From positions 2,144,001 through 2,208,000 of the forward strand of contig OZ241907.1 of the NCBI GenBank assembly GCA_965203515.1: DNA of 64,000 nucleotides. Reading direction: 5' to 3'. Below the pieces are notes generated by a model. That model ran no database searches and was not told where the DNA came from. It worked only from the letters and a program-made list of their open reading frames with translations. The stretch comes from Spirochaetia bacterium. Its GTDB lineage: Bacteria > Spirochaetota > Spirochaetia > SZUA-6 > Bin103. Below, in pieces: positions 20,855 to 31,911 of the stretch. Position 1 is the first letter of the stretch. Each line of letters starts with the position of its first letter. The translations under genes were made by a program, and so were the position numbers.

Positions 20855-20998
20855 TCATCTCACTCGGACGCGCGCCAACGCGCTTGAAATCACGCGGCGG
20901 CCGCGGAGGTACCGCCGCAGCCCCTGGGACTCCGGTTCGCGCACGACGAGCTTGACGATTGCCGACGAGTCGAGATAAGTGACGCCATCAACGGTCAT
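20855..20998 (-). pseudogene. vapC: Truncated VapC/PIN toxin (47 aa)
   Basis: TYLDSSAIVKLVVREPES...ISSALARV then stop. Overlaps the antitoxin stop. Confidence 0.75.
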
Positions 20999-21263
20999 CG
21001 GAACGGAGCCGGGCGAGCCGGACGGACGGTGGCTCCGCACCCGGTCCGGGCGTGAGCGGCGGCGGCACATCGTCTATCGGGCCCTTTGCCTCTTCCAGCT
21101 CTCCGGCAAGCCGAAGCTGATCGAGGGGCGAAGCAGCGGGAATTCGGCTCAGGACCGCAACCGGGCGGCCCCGGTTCGTGACCTCGAACGTCTCGCCAGC
21201 CTCGACGCGACGGAGGTAGTCGCTCGCCCGCTGGCGTAGCTCACGGACTCCTATCGAGTTCAT
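20988..21263 (-). CDS. Phd/YefM family antitoxin
   Basis: MNSIGVRELRQRASDYLRRVEAGETFEVTNRGRPVAVL. Confidence 0.9.
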   Translation of the reverse strand: MNSIGVRELRQRASDYLRRVEAGETFEVTNRGRPVAVLSRIPAASPLDQLRLAGELEEAKGPIDDVPPPLTPGPGAEPPSVRLARLRSDDR

Positions 21264-21264
21264 G

Positions 21265-21280
21265 GTGCTACATGTAGCAC
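21265..21280. promoter_or_regulatory. Perfect 16-bp palindrome, likely TA autorepression operator
   Basis: GTGCTACATGTAGCAC immediately upstream of the antitoxin ATG. Confidence 0.75.
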
Positions 21281-21359
21281 ACACAGCGGAGCATGACCAA
21301 GCGAGGCGAGCAGGGGCCGCGATCGGCGCGCCTCCGCGGCGGTGCATACTGATGAGGCG

Positions 21360-22388
21360 ATGACATCGGCGCTGGAGCTGAACGAGGAGGCGCTCGCGCA
21401 GCGCTTGGCAGCCCTGGGAGAGCCGGCCTACCGCGCCCGGCAGATCCGCACTCACCTGCTGCGCCGCGGCGTCCTGGACTTCGACGACATGACCGACCTG
21501 CCGGCCGCCGTGCGCGACCGGCTGCGCTCCGAGTTGCCGGCCACGCCGCTCGCCCTGCAGCAGCGCCGGCCCACCCCGGACGGGCAGACCGCCAAGCTGC
21601 TGCTGCGCGCGCAGGACGGCGAGATGATCGAGGCGGTGTCGATCCGCGAAGACGATCGGCATACCGTGTGCGTCTCGAGCCAGGCGGGGTGCGGCATGGC
21701 ATGCGCGTTCTGCGCGTCCGGACTCGACGGCGTGGCCCGCAACCTCACCGCAGCCGAGATGGTGGCGCAGGTGCTCCACGCCCGCGCGCACAGCGCCGTC
21801 ACCAACGTGGTCTTCATGGGCATGGGGGAGCCGCTGGCCAACTTCCCGCGGCTGGTCGCGGCGATCGGCGCGTTGACCGACCCGGCAGGGATCGGCCTGG
21901 GCGCACGCCGGCTGACCGTCAGTACCGTCGGTCTGGCGCCGCGCATCCGCGACCTGGCGGCGATCGGGCTGCCGGTCGGGTTGGCGATCAGCCTGCACGC
22001 GGCCGACGACGCGACCCGGCAGAGCCTGGTGCCGGTCGCGCAACGCTACGGCATCGCCGAGCTGCTGGACGCCGCCGCCGGGTACGCTGCCGCCACCGGC
22101 CGGCGGGTTACCTTCGAGTACACCCTGATCGCCGGCCGCAATGCCGAGCCGCGCCACGCCGACGCCCTGGGCCGGCTGCTGGCCGGCAGCGGCTCGCAGG
22201 TGAACCTGATCCCGTACAACCCGGTCCCCGGCCTGCCCTTCGCCGAGCCGGCCGCAGAGGCGGTGCGGAGCTTCGCCGCCATCGTCGCCGGCCACGGCGT
22301 GACCGTCACCACCCGCAAGGAGCGCGGCCGCCGCGTCGACGCCGCCTGCGGCCAGCTCCGCCGCGCCAATCGCGGCTCCGGCGCATGA
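21360..22388 (+). CDS. rlmN: 23S rRNA A2503 C2-methyltransferase RlmN
   Basis: CVSSQAGCGMACAFC, NVVFMGMGEP, ISLHA, FEYTLI, NLIPYN, AACGQL. Confidence 0.95.
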   Translation: MTSALELNEEALAQRLAALGEPAYRARQIRTHLLRRGVLDFDDMTDLPAAVRDRLRSELPATPLALQQRRPTPDGQTAKLLLRAQDGEMIEAVSIREDDRHTVCVSSQAGCGMACAFCASGLDGVARNLTAAEMVAQVLHARAHSAVTNVVFMGMGEPLANFPRLVAAIGALTDPAGIGLGARRLTVSTVGLAPRIRDLAAIGLPVGLAISLHAADDATRQSLVPVAQRYGIAELLDAAAGYAAATGRRVTFEYTLIAGRNAEPRHADALGRLLAGSGSQVNLIPYNPVPGLPFAEPAAEAVRSFAAIVAGHGVTVTTRKERGRRVDAACGQLRRANRGSGA

Positions 22389-23674
22389 TCGACGACCGCA
22401 GCCCGGACGTCCTGATCGTGGGCGGCGGCGTCATCGGCATGAGCTGCGCCTGGCACCTGACGCGGGCCGGCGCCCGCGTGACGGTGATCGAGTCGGCCGC
22501 GATCGGCGACCGCCGGTCCTGCTCCTACGGCAACCAGGGGCTGGTCTGTCCCAGCCACGCGGTGCCGATCGCCGCCCCGGGCGTGGTTGCGCAGGGACTT
22601 CGGTGGCTGTTCGATCCGACCGGCCCGCTGTACATCCGCAGCCCCTGGCGCGCCGAGATGCTCCGCTGGCTGTGGCGGTTCACGCGCGCCGCCACGCCGG
22701 CGCGAGCCGAGGCGGGAACGGCCGCCATGGCGGAGCTGCTGCTGCGCAGCGCCGACCTGCACGCGCGGATGGCCGCGTCGGCTGCCGCGCCGGACGGCGG
22801 CCATCCCTACAGCTACGCCGCCGACGGCGTGCTGTACGCGTTTCTGACGCCGGAGGGGTTGCGGCACCACCTCCACGAGTCCCGTCAGGCCGCCCGCCAC
22901 GGCATACCGTTCCGGCAGCTCACCGGCGATCAGGTGCGGCAGATGGAGCCGGCCCTGTCGCCGCGCGTGGTCGGCGGCGTGCTGTACCCCGGCGACGCCC
23001 ACGTCGATCCCGGCTCCTTCGTGCGCTGGCTGCACCGGCAGGCGATCGACGCCGGCGTCCAGGTGGTGGAGCAGACCGACGTGATCCGGCTGCAGCCGGG
23101 CGGACCGGGCGGTCGTGCGTCGGCGCTCACCTCGCGCGGCGAGATCGGCGCCGGCCAGATCGTGATCGCCGCCGGCGCGTGGAGCCCGCTGGTCGCCGCC
23201 GAGCTTGATCTGCGGCTGCCGGTGCAGGCCGCCAAAGGGTACTCGATCACCTTCAGCCGCCCGCCGTGGCGACCGCGCCGGCCGGTCAATCTGGGCGAGG
23301 CGCGCGCCGTGGCGACCCCGCTCCCGCACGGGGTCAGGATCGGCGGCACGCTGGAGCTGGCCGGCCTGGACCGCTCCATCGCCCTGCGGCGCGTCCAGGC
23401 CATCCTGGACGGAGCCGGCCGCCTGGTACCCGGCGCGCGCTTCGATGCCGGCGCCCCCGATGCCGAGGTGTGGCGTGGGCTGCGCCCGCTCGCCCCCGAC
23501 GCTCTGCCGATCATCGGCCGGCCGCGCGCGCACCCGAACGTGGTCCTGGCCACCGCGCACGGCACGCTGGGCGTGTCGCTCGCCCCCGCCACGGGCGAGG
23601 CGGTGGCCGCCCTGATCGCCGGGAACCGGCCCGCGATCGACCTGCATCCCTGTCGGCCCGACCGATTCGCGTAG
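22385..23674 (+). CDS. FAD-dependent D-amino acid dehydrogenase (DadA-like)
   Basis: IVGGGVIG, SYGNQG, AKGYS, WRGLRP, ATAHGTLG. Confidence 0.85.
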   Translation: MIDDRSPDVLIVGGGVIGMSCAWHLTRAGARVTVIESAAIGDRRSCSYGNQGLVCPSHAVPIAAPGVVAQGLRWLFDPTGPLYIRSPWRAEMLRWLWRFTRAATPARAEAGTAAMAELLLRSADLHARMAASAAAPDGGHPYSYAADGVLYAFLTPEGLRHHLHESRQAARHGIPFRQLTGDQVRQMEPALSPRVVGGVLYPGDAHVDPGSFVRWLHRQAIDAGVQVVEQTDVIRLQPGGPGGRASALTSRGEIGAGQIVIAAGAWSPLVAAELDLRLPVQAAKGYSITFSRPPWRPRRPVNLGEARAVATPLPHGVRIGGTLELAGLDRSIALRRVQAILDGAGRLVPGARFDAGAPDAEVWRGLRPLAPDALPIIGRPRAHPNVVLATAHGTLGVSLAPATGEAVAALIAGNRPAIDLHPCRPDRFA

Positions 23675-23691
23675 AGATCGCCGCGGTCGAT

Positions 23692-24231
23692 TCAGCCGGG
23701 AGCTACCGCCGCCTCGCGTTCCAGTCCAAGTTTGCGCAGCAGCATGAGCGCCTGCTCCATGCGTGCTGCCGTCGCCTTGAGCGGCTTGCGCGCCTTCGTC
23801 TCCTCTATCGCGTCATGCACGTAACCGTCCTCTTCGCGCAGAAAGACGATGGCCGCGGCAAGCTCCAGGACGATGTCGGAGGCGTCCTGCATTTCCCTCA
23901 ACAACGAACGGACCCGGTCGGCTGACAGGTCCCCGAGCCGGTCAGGGGCGTGATCTCCCTTTGATCTGAAGATCGCGTAACGGATGCCGTACGACCCGAG
24001 CCGTTCCTCCACGTCGATCCGGTCGTCGGCGTGCGCGTCGATCAACCCGTCGGCAAGCGCCAGGGAGTACGGCCCATAATGGTGATAGATGAACGGGAAC
24101 GGAAGGTCGAAGTTCGCTCCGCAGCGATGCAGGAGATAAGCTGCCTTCTGCAGCCGTGTCCGACCGACCAGTTCGCCGCCATGCAGCGCGATCAGGTTGA
24201 CGACTATATCTTCTATGTCTTCGACGTTCAC
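23692..24231 (-). CDS. YwgA-like small protein
   Basis: GRTRLQKAAYLL...FIYHHYGPYS...VLELAA. GTG start overlaps the HD gene stop. Confidence 0.6.
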   Translation of the reverse strand: MNVEDIEDIVVNLIALHGGELVGRTRLQKAAYLLHRCGANFDLPFPFIYHHYGPYSLALADGLIDAHADDRIDVEERLGSYGIRYAIFRSKGDHAPDRLGDLSADRVRSLLREMQDASDIVLELAAAIVFLREEDGYVHDAIEETKARKPLKATAARMEQALMLLRKLGLEREAAVAPG

Positions 24232-25589
24232 GACGTTCTCACCTCCTGGAGGATCTTGCCGAGATCCTCGATCTTTTCCGTATCGGGTGCGTAGACCCGC
24301 TGAACCCGGCCCGGCCTTCCGTCATTGTGGAGAGACTTTACGATCGATGAAACTTCGGCGATGTCCTCCGGCTCGGGCAGGTCCGCACGGACTTTCACCA
24401 GGACCTTGTTGAGAGCCGAGGCGTCGTCGAAATCGTACCACGTGTACGGCGTGACCGCGGACTGATCGAACAACAGGTCGCCGGCCCATTCGATGCGGCG
24501 CTCATCCAACTCGCGTCGAAACCGCAGATACAGATTACCCTGCGGTTCGTCCCACGATCCGACCTCAAGGCATTTGTAGAGGTTGCGGTCGCGCAACCGG
24601 CCGGCCAGCTCGGCGACGCGGGGCTGCGGGCACTCGGCGTATTCCGCAAGAGCGGCCCAGACCGCCGCGTCGTCGAGCCGGAGGTATGCGCCCAGCGACG
24701 ACGTCCCGGTCGTGAGATACCGCAGCACCGGCTCCCGGCGGGCCAGGCCGCCATTCCGCAGCGAGGACGCGGCAGCCATCAGCAGCGCCTCCAGCATCTT
24801 CTCCGCCGCCCGCGTCGTCTTGTGAATGTAGACCGTCCAATAGAGGCGGAACCGCGCCTCCAGATAATCCTCCGCGACGGCGATCCCCTTGGGACCCAGA
24901 TACAGGCACTGCACCGGGCCGTAGTCCCGCTCGCCGATAGTGACCGATCCGACCTCCAGACAATCGAGCAGCCAATCGCTGTCGACGTGGCCGAACTGGA
25001 CGCCGCTCATCAGCCGGTCCCGTTGGATGTAGTCGATCCGGTCGGCGTCGAACTGGCTGGAAACGACGGCAGCATAGATGTCTTTCGCCTGCTCCTCCTT
25101 CAATAGTGCGCCGATCTGGTCCGGCAGTTGTCCGTCTAGCTCCCGCAGCACGCGGTTGACGTCCGTGTCGCCCTGCACGATCTCCGCGCTCCAGTCCTCG
25201 TGTCGTCTGGTCAGTCCCACCGCATTGGCGGCGCGCTCGAACACGTGGCTGAACGGACCGTGGCCGATGTCGTGCAGCAGGGCGGCCAGCAGCGCAACCC
25301 GCGCCCGATCCCGATCATGGTCCGGCCCCTGCTCGCGGGCGATCACGTCCAGCAGCCGGCGCGCCACGTGATAGACGCCGATGCTGTGGGCGAAGCGGGT
25401 GTGGGTCGCCCCCGGATAGACCAGATCGGAGAAGCCGAGCTGGCGGATGCGGCGCAGCCGCTGGAACTCTTTGGTGTCGAGCAGGCGCCACGCGATCCGG
25501 TCCGTCTCGTTCCCGTGAGCATCGCGGCCTCCGAACATGATGAGACCATGGACCGGATCGCGGACTCGTTGCTTCCAGTCGCCTCCCAT
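24228..25589 (-). CDS. HD-superfamily phosphohydrolase (YwfO/SAMHD1-like dNTPase family)
   Basis: [54 protein letters not shown]. Confidence 0.9.
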   Translation of the reverse strand: MGGDWKQRVRDPVHGLIMFGGRDAHGNETDRIAWRLLDTKEFQRLRRIRQLGFSDLVYPGATHTRFAHSIGVYHVARRLLDVIAREQGPDHDRDRARVALLAALLHDIGHGPFSHVFERAANAVGLTRRHEDWSAEIVQGDTDVNRVLRELDGQLPDQIGALLKEEQAKDIYAAVVSSQFDADRIDYIQRDRLMSGVQFGHVDSDWLLDCLEVGSVTIGERDYGPVQCLYLGPKGIAVAEDYLEARFRLYWTVYIHKTTRAAEKMLEALLMAAASSLRNGGLARREPVLRYLTTGTSSLGAYLRLDDAAVWAALAEYAECPQPRVAELAGRLRDRNLYKCLEVGSWDEPQGNLYLRFRRELDERRIEWAGDLLFDQSAVTPYTWYDFDDASALNKVLVKVRADLPEPEDIAEVSSIVKSLHNDGRPGRVQRVYAPDTEKIEDLGKILQEVRTS

Positions 25590-25680
25590 CGTCGCCGATC
25601 CGGCATCATACGCGACGCCGGCCGCAGGCGGGTGGAGGCCAGGCAGCGCAACTCGACGCGACCTGTCGTACACTCGCCCG

Positions 25681-26757
25681 ATGAACGGCGACGCTCCGAT
25701 CGACCTGCGCAGCGATACCGTCACCCGGCCCACCGAGCGGATGCGGCAGGCGATGCACGCCGCCGAGGTGGGCGACGACTGCTTCGGGGAGGACCCGACC
25801 GTCAACCGGCTGGAGGCGCTGGCGGCCGAGCGGCTCGGCATGGAGGCGGCCGTGTACGTGCCGAGCGGCAGCATGGCCAACAGCGCCGCCCTGATCACCC
25901 ACCTGCGGATCGGCAGCCGCGCCGGCGGCGGCGGGCCGGCGCTGGTGGTCCATGAGGCGCACGCGCACATGTTCTCCAACGACCGTGACCGGCTGGCGCG
26001 CGCCCTGTTCGACGTCGAGTCGGCCGCGGTCGACACCGAGTGGGGGGTGATCACCCCCGATGACGTGCGGCAGGCGATCGCCGCCCATCCCGGCGCCGCG
26101 CCGCGGCTGCTGTGCATCGAAAACACGCACAACTACACCGGCGGCGGCGCGGTGACGCCCGCGCAGGTGAACGCCGCGGCGGCCGCCGCGCACGCGGCCG
26201 GCATGCACGTGCACTGCGACGGCGCGCGGCTGTTCAACGCCGCGGTCGCGCTGGGGGTTCCTGCCTGCGCGTTGGTAGCGCAGGTCGATTCGGCGATGTT
26301 TTGCGTCTCCAAGGGGCTGAGCGCGCCGGTCGGCTCGATCCTGTGCGGGGACGCGGCCTTCATCGCCGCGGCCCGCGAGACCCGCAAGCTGCACGGCGGC
26401 TCGATGCGGCAGGCCGGCGTGATCGCCGCGGCCGGCACCGTCGCCCTTGCGGAGATGGTCGACCGGCTGGCGGACGACCACGCAAACGCCGCGCGGCTGG
26501 CGGCCGGGCTGCGCACCGTCGGCGGCGGCCTGCAGGTGCCGGTCCCGCCCATCCCCACCAACTTCGCCGTGGTCGACGTGCGCGAGCTCGGCTGGACCAC
26601 CGCGGAGCTGCTCGACCGCTACCGCGCCGAGGGCGTGCTGGTCACGCCGCGTCCGCCGACGCGCGCGCGCCTGGTGCTCAACCGGCACGTCGACGCCGGA
26701 CAGGTCGATCGGGTGATCGACGCCACCCGCCGCATCGCGGCCGGCGCGGGACGGTGA
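25681..26757 (+). CDS. ltaE: Low-specificity L-threonine aldolase
   Basis: [51 protein letters not shown]. Confidence 0.9.
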   Translation: MNGDAPIDLRSDTVTRPTERMRQAMHAAEVGDDCFGEDPTVNRLEALAAERLGMEAAVYVPSGSMANSAALITHLRIGSRAGGGGPALVVHEAHAHMFSNDRDRLARALFDVESAAVDTEWGVITPDDVRQAIAAHPGAAPRLLCIENTHNYTGGGAVTPAQVNAAAAAAHAAGMHVHCDGARLFNAAVALGVPACALVAQVDSAMFCVSKGLSAPVGSILCGDAAFIAAARETRKLHGGSMRQAGVIAAAGTVALAEMVDRLADDHANAARLAAGLRTVGGGLQVPVPPIPTNFAVVDVRELGWTTAELLDRYRAEGVLVTPRPPTRARLVLNRHVDAGQVDRVIDATRRIAAGAGR

Positions 26758-29700
26758 GCGGTCCGGCAGCCCCCGCCGCCGGACGGGGACGGACCGACCG
26801 CGCCGCCGCCGGGAACGCTTCGGAGGCGCTGGCGGCGATGCGCTGGCGCTGCATCGGCCCGTACCGCGGCGGCCGCGTGGTGGCGGTGGCCGGCGACCCG
26901 GCGGAACCGCTGGTCTTCTACTTCGGCGCCTGCGCCGGCGGCGTCTGGAAGAGCACCGACGCGGGCCGCTTCTGGCGCAACGTCTCCGACGGGTACTTCC
27001 GCACCGCGTCGGTGGGCGCCATCGCCGTCGCGCCGTCGGCGCATCGCACGCTCTACGCCGGCATGGGCGAATCGCAGATCCGGGTCGACGTGACCCACGG
27101 TGACGGCGTGTACCGCAGCGACGACGGCGGTGAGTCGTGGCGCCACCTGGGCTTGGCCGCGACCCGCCACGTCAGCCGCGTGCGCGTCCACCCCGAGGAC
27201 CCGGACACGGTCTACGTGGCGGCGCTGGGCCGCGCGTTCGGGCGCAACCCCGAGCGCGGCGTGTACCGCTCCACCGACGGCGGCGCGACCTGGGAGCAGG
27301 TCCTGCACCGCGGCGCGGCGGCCGGCGCCGGCGACCTGACCCTGGACCTCAACCGTCCGCACGTGCTGTTCGCGGCGCTCTGGCAGGTGATCCGCAAGCC
27401 CTGGACGATCAGGAGCGGCGGCCCCGACTCCGGCATCTTCCGCTCCACCGACGGCGGCGCGACGTGGCAGGAGCTGACCGGCCGGCCCGGCCTGCCGCGC
27501 GGCATCCTGGGCCGCGTCGGCATCGCCGCCTCGCCGGCGCGGGCGGGGCGCGTCTGGGCGCTGATCGAAGCGCGCGACGGCGGGCTGTACCGCTCCGACG
27601 ACGACGGCGAGTCATGGCGGCTGGTCAACCACGACACGGCGCTGCGCGAGAAGCCGTTCTACTTCACCCACGTGTTCGCCCATCCCACCGACCCGGAGCA
27701 GGTCTGGTCGCTGTGCAAGAAGGCGTACCGCTCGACCGACGGCGGCCACACCTTCGAGGTGATCTCCACCCCGCACCACGACGATCACGACCTGTGGATC
27801 GATCCGCAGGACCCGGCGCGCATGATCGAGGGCAACGACGGCGGCGCCGCGGTCAGCCTGGACGGGGGCGAGACCTGGAGCAGCGTCTACAACCAGCCGA
27901 CCGCGCAGTTCTACCGGATGGAGGTCGACGACCGCTTCCCGTACCGGGTGTACGCCACCCAGCAGGACTCCAGCGCCGTCAGCGTGCCGTCGGACGGCGT
28001 CTACGGCGCCATTCGCTGGGCCGACTGCTACACCACCGGCAGCGCGGAGAGCGGCCATATCGCCGTCAAGCGCGACGATCCGGACATCGTCTACGCCGGC
28101 GCCACCGGCAGCAGCCCCGGCGGTCCCGGCAGCCTGATGCGCTACGACCACCGCAGCGGCCAGGTGCGCCTGATCTCGCCGGTGCCGGCCATGGACGGAT
28201 CGAGTCCGCCGGCCGAATGGCCGCATCGGTTCAACTGGACCTTTCCGGTGCTCTCCTCCCGCCACGACCCGCGCGTGCTGCTGACCGCCGGCAACGTGGT
28301 GTTCCGCTCCACCGACGAGGGATCGAGCTGGGAGCCGATCAGCCCCGACCTGACCCGCGACGACGCGGACCGGACCGTCGCCTCCGGCGGTCCCATTACC
28401 GGCGAGGGCGCCTCCGACGTCTACTGCACGATCATCGCGCTGGCCGAGTCCCCGCACCGGCCGGCGGAGCTCTGGGCCGGGTCGGACGACGGCTTGGCGC
28501 ACCGCACGCGCGACGGCGGCGCGAGCTGGCAGGAGGTGACGCCGGCCGCACTCCCCGCCTGGGCGTCGGTCCTCTGCCTGGAGCCGTCCCCGCACGACCC
28601 GGACCGATGGTACCTGGCCGCCGCGCGCTATCGGCTCGACGACACGCGGCCGCTGCTGTACCGCACGGCCGACGGCGGCGCGTCGTGGCGGTCGATCGCC
28701 GGCGGCCTGCCGGAGGACGACTTCACGCGCGTGATTCGCTGCGATCCGCAGCGCCCCGGTCTGCTGTACTGCGGCACGGAGACCGGCGTGTACGTATCGC
28801 TCGACGACGGGGCTGCCTGGACGCGCGCCAACGAGGCGGCCGAGCCGGGGAGCCGGCTGCCGGTCGCTCCCGTGTACGACCTGCGCGTCCACCGGGGCGA
28901 CCTGGCGGCGGCCACGCACGGGCGCTCGTTCTGGATCCTCGACGACCTGACTCCGTTGCGCCGTGCGGGCGGCTGCTCCGCGCCGGCGCTGCTGCCGCCG
29001 CGGGACCCGGTGCGGACGCTGCATCAGGTCGGTTGGGACCCTTGGACCGGCCCGCAGAAGACCTATCAGATCGGCTCGCTCGGCGTGGAGGCGACCTTCG
29101 TGGAACACCGGCTCCCCGGCGGCGGCAGCCGCCGCGAGTTTCTCGACGCCGGCAGCCCGCGGCCGCGCGGAGCGCTGATCTACTACCGGCTGCCGGACGG
29201 GTGCCGGGCGGCCGAGGTGCGCATCGTCGATTCGCGCGGGCGGCTGGTCCGCCGGTTCGGGAGCGGCGGGCCGGAAGCCCGCGACGGCCGCCTGCTCTGC
29301 GCCGCCGGACTGAACCGCCTGACCTGGGACCTCACCTGGAGCCGGTACGCGGCGGCACCGGGCGCGGACCGGCCGATCGATACCGGCGTGGCGCCGCTGG
29401 CGGCGCCGGGCGAGTACCGCATCGAGTTGCGCGCCGGCGGGGAGCGCTGCGCCACGAGCGTGCAGGTATCGTCCGACCCGCGGGTCGGCGCGGACCCGCA
29501 GGACCTCCGGGAACAGACGGAGCTCCTGCTCCGCATCCGCGCTGCGATCGCCGAGGTGATGGCCGCGATCGACGCGATCCGGCGTCGCCGCGAGCAGGCT
29601 GCGGCGCCGGACGCCGCGCTCGACGAGATCGAACGCATCCTGCACCGGGTGGTGCCGCCCGGCGACCTGGAACGCAACCACGTCGGCGGCGTGCTCGAAG

Positions 29701-29840
29701 GGCTCGCCAGCGTGGCGCCGGTCGTCGCCAGCGCCGACGCCGCGCCGACCCGGCAGGCGCGCGAGGCGTTCGAGCGCTGGCACCGCATAGGGCAAACGGC
29801 GATGGCGCGCCTCGACCGAGCGCTATCGGGACGAGCCTAG
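26754..29840 (+). CDS. BNR/Asp-box (VPS10-like) repeat glycosyl hydrolase
   Basis: [11 protein letters not shown], many S-x-D-G-G-x-T/S-W repeats, [11 protein letters not shown]. Confidence 0.85.
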   Translation: MSGPAAPAAGRGRTDRAAAGNASEALAAMRWRCIGPYRGGRVVAVAGDPAEPLVFYFGACAGGVWKSTDAGRFWRNVSDGYFRTASVGAIAVAPSAHRTLYAGMGESQIRVDVTHGDGVYRSDDGGESWRHLGLAATRHVSRVRVHPEDPDTVYVAALGRAFGRNPERGVYRSTDGGATWEQVLHRGAAAGAGDLTLDLNRPHVLFAALWQVIRKPWTIRSGGPDSGIFRSTDGGATWQELTGRPGLPRGILGRVGIAASPARAGRVWALIEARDGGLYRSDDDGESWRLVNHDTALREKPFYFTHVFAHPTDPEQVWSLCKKAYRSTDGGHTFEVISTPHHDDHDLWIDPQDPARMIEGNDGGAAVSLDGGETWSSVYNQPTAQFYRMEVDDRFPYRVYATQQDSSAVSVPSDGVYGAIRWADCYTTGSAESGHIAVKRDDPDIVYAGATGSSPGGPGSLMRYDHRSGQVRLISPVPAMDGSSPPAEWPHRFNWTFPVLSSRHDPRVLLTAGNVVFRSTDEGSSWEPISPDLTRDDADRTVASGGPITGEGASDVYCTIIALAESPHRPAELWAGSDDGLAHRTRDGGASWQEVTPAALPAWASVLCLEPSPHDPDRWYLAAARYRLDDTRPLLYRTADGGASWRSIAGGLPEDDFTRVIRCDPQRPGLLYCGTETGVYVSLDDGAAWTRANEAAEPGSRLPVAPVYDLRVHRGDLAAATHGRSFWILDDLTPLRRAGGCSAPALLPPRDPVRTLHQVGWDPWTGPQKTYQIGSLGVEATFVEHRLPGGGSRREFLDAGSPRPRGALIYYRLPDGCRAAEVRIVDSRGRLVRRFGSGGPEARDGRLLCAAGLNRLTWDLTWSRYAAAPGADRPIDTGVAPLAAPGEYRIELRAGGERCATSVQVSSDPRVGADPQDLREQTELLLRIRAAIAEVMAAIDAIRRRREQAAAPDAALDEIERILHRVVPPGDLERNHVGGVLEGLASVAPVVASADAAPTRQAREAFERWHRIGQTAMARLDRALSGRA

Positions 29841-30254
29841 CTCGGCCGCGGCCGCGCCGTTGGTCGGCTCTTGAGCCTCCGGTACTCCTGCTCGCCGATC
29901 CCGGTCGCCCGCTCGATCACCGACCAGTCGACGCCGGTCCGCAGGAACCCGTCGATCGTCTCCAACCGCCCCTCGCGTTGGCCTTCGAGCCGACCTGCGC
30001 GTTGGCCTTCCTCGCGCCCTTCCTGGCGCAACCGCTCACCGCTCGTCATCAACTCCCCTCCTGCCGCCGTGCGGCTCAGTAGCGCGCCCAACTCCTCGGG
30101 CGTGTCCTCAGGTCCCGTCTCCACGATATACCGCACGAACATCTTCATGTCGTCCTGCCCGCTGCTGCCTTCCCGCTCCAAGTCGCCCAGCAGCGGCCCT
30201 ATCCGCTCCCGCGCCTCCCGCACGGCGCGGCTGAAGGCGTGCATCATCGTCAGT
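29837..30254 (-). pseudogene. Duplicated rpn 3' end retaining an intact internal small ORF (30049-29837)
   Basis: Near-identical to 30927-31337; nuclease domain absent. Confidence 0.8.
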
Positions 30255-30562
30255 GGTCGGGTGCGAGCTCGTCACGCCAGAGGGCGGCGAGGAAGAACTG
30301 GAGCGGCCATATCTCGATGCCATGCGCGGCGCCGGGTTCGAGGCGCGGCCGCTCCTCGCGGCAGACGAGGATGGAGCGCTCGATCAGCCCCTCCTCCGCC
30401 AGGGCGCGCAGGCCGCGCAGGTGCTTGTCGTGGACGCGCCGGGCGGCCTTGGTCTCGATGGCGACGCGTCCATCCAGGATGAAGTCGACTTCGTACCCTG
30501 AGCGCGACCGCCAGTAGGCGAGCCGCGTCCGCGGGCGCCGATAGGCGATCCAGGTGCGCAGC
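30250..30562 (-). pseudogene. Duplicated 3' end of the AAA/DUF4143 gene
   Basis: YWRSRSGYEVDFILDGRVAIETK; near-identical to 31950-32248. Confidence 0.8.
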
Positions 30563-30886
30563 ATCCGCGCGGCGATCGCCGAGGTGATGGCCGCAATCGA
30601 CGCGATCCGCCGCCGCGAGCAGGCTGCGGCGCCGGACGCCGCGCTCGACGAGATCGAACGCATCCTGCACCGGGTGGTGCCGCCCGGCGACCTGGAACGC
30701 AACCACGTCGGCGGCGTGCTCGAAGGGCTCGCCAGCGTGGCGCCGGTCGTCGCCAGCGCCGACGCCGCGCCGACCCGGCAGGCGCTCGAGGCGTTCGAGC
30801 GCTGGCACCGCATAGGGCAAACGGCGATGGCGCGCCTCCGGCGTCCTGCTCAGCCATGCCGGCCGCTCCCGGCGAACGGCGGGTGA
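30561..30886 (+). pseudogene. Duplicated 3' end of the BNR glycosyl hydrolase
   Basis: [19 protein letters not shown]...; near-identical to 29533-29813. Confidence 0.8.
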
Positions 30887-30907
30887 CCGAGCTCCTCGGG
30901 CGCGTCG

Positions 30908-31879
30908 TCAGGTCCCGTCGCCGCCTGCCGCAGCCGCGCCGTTGGGTTGGCTCCTGAGCCTCCGGTACTCCTGCTCGCCGATCCCGGTCGCCCGCTCGAT
31001 CACCGACCAGTCGACGCCGGTCCGCAGGAACCCGTCGATCGTCTCCAACCGCCCTTCGCGTTGGCCTTCGAGCCGACCTGCGCGTTGGCCTTCCTCGCGC
31101 CCTTCCTGGCGCAACCGCTCACCGCTCGTCATCAACTCCCCTCCTGCCGCCGTGCGGCTCAGTAGCTCGCCCAACTCCTCGGGCGTGTCCTCAGGTCCCG
31201 TCTCCACGATATACCGCACGAACATCTTCATGTCGTCCTGCCCGCTGCTGCCTTCCCGCTCCAAGTCGCCCAGCAGCGGCCCTATCCGCTCCCGCGCCTC
31301 CCGCACGGCGCGGCTGAAGGCGTGCATCATCGTCAGTTGCAGCAAGCGCGCCCGGACACTGCCGGCGGCCTGCGCCGGCGACACCTGAGTCTGGTCGAAC
31401 AGCAGGTGCTCGAACCGGGGCAGCCACGGCCAGTCCCGCGTTGCGGCTGGGAACATGTCAGCGAACTGCGGGGAGTGCTGCCAGCCGGTGGGACCATGGT
31501 AGAACACGAGCGGCAGGATCGGGCGCAGGTAGCGCGCCTCCTGGTGATGCTGTCGGTCGCGCTCCCAGATGCGGCAGCAGTAGCCGAGCAGGCGGAGGCG
31601 CAGCCAGAAGTCCGGGGTGGACTGATGCTCGAACAGCAGGTAGAGCCAGAGCGAGGCGCGGTCGGCGCCGGGTTCGGCGTAGCGGATCTCGAACAGCAGG
31701 TCGGAAGCGGCGCCGCGGAGGTCCGGGGTGACGAAGGAGGCAGGGCGCCGCTTGAGCGTGGGCCAGTGCAGGGAGCGGCTGAGCGGCGGGGGCAGCCGGG
31801 CTTGCAGGAATGACGCGGCTTCCGCCGGGGCGCCGAACACTCGCTTGAACAGGTGGTCGTGGGGCTGGTGGATGGCCAT
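30908..31879 (-). CDS. rpn: Rpn family recombination-promoting nuclease (YhgA/Transposase_31)
   Basis: PHDHLFK, SFVTPDL...SDLLF, YLLFEHQS, PILPLVFYHG, C-terminal EGREEG-type repeats. Confidence 0.92.
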   Translation of the reverse strand: MAIHQPHDHLFKRVFGAPAEAASFLQARLPPPLSRSLHWPTLKRRPASFVTPDLRGAASDLLFEIRYAEPGADRASLWLYLLFEHQSTPDFWLRLRLLGYCCRIWERDRQHHQEARYLRPILPLVFYHGPTGWQHSPQFADMFPAATRDWPWLPRFEHLLFDQTQVSPAQAAGSVRARLLQLTMMHAFSRAVREARERIGPLLGDLEREGSSGQDDMKMFVRYIVETGPEDTPEELGELLSRTAAGGELMTSGERLRQEGREEGQRAGRLEGQREGRLETIDGFLRTGVDWSVIERATGIGEQEYRRLRSQPNGAAAAGGDGT

Positions 31880-31911
31880 GCCCATATAACGGCCCGGCCG
31901 TCCGTGGCGCT

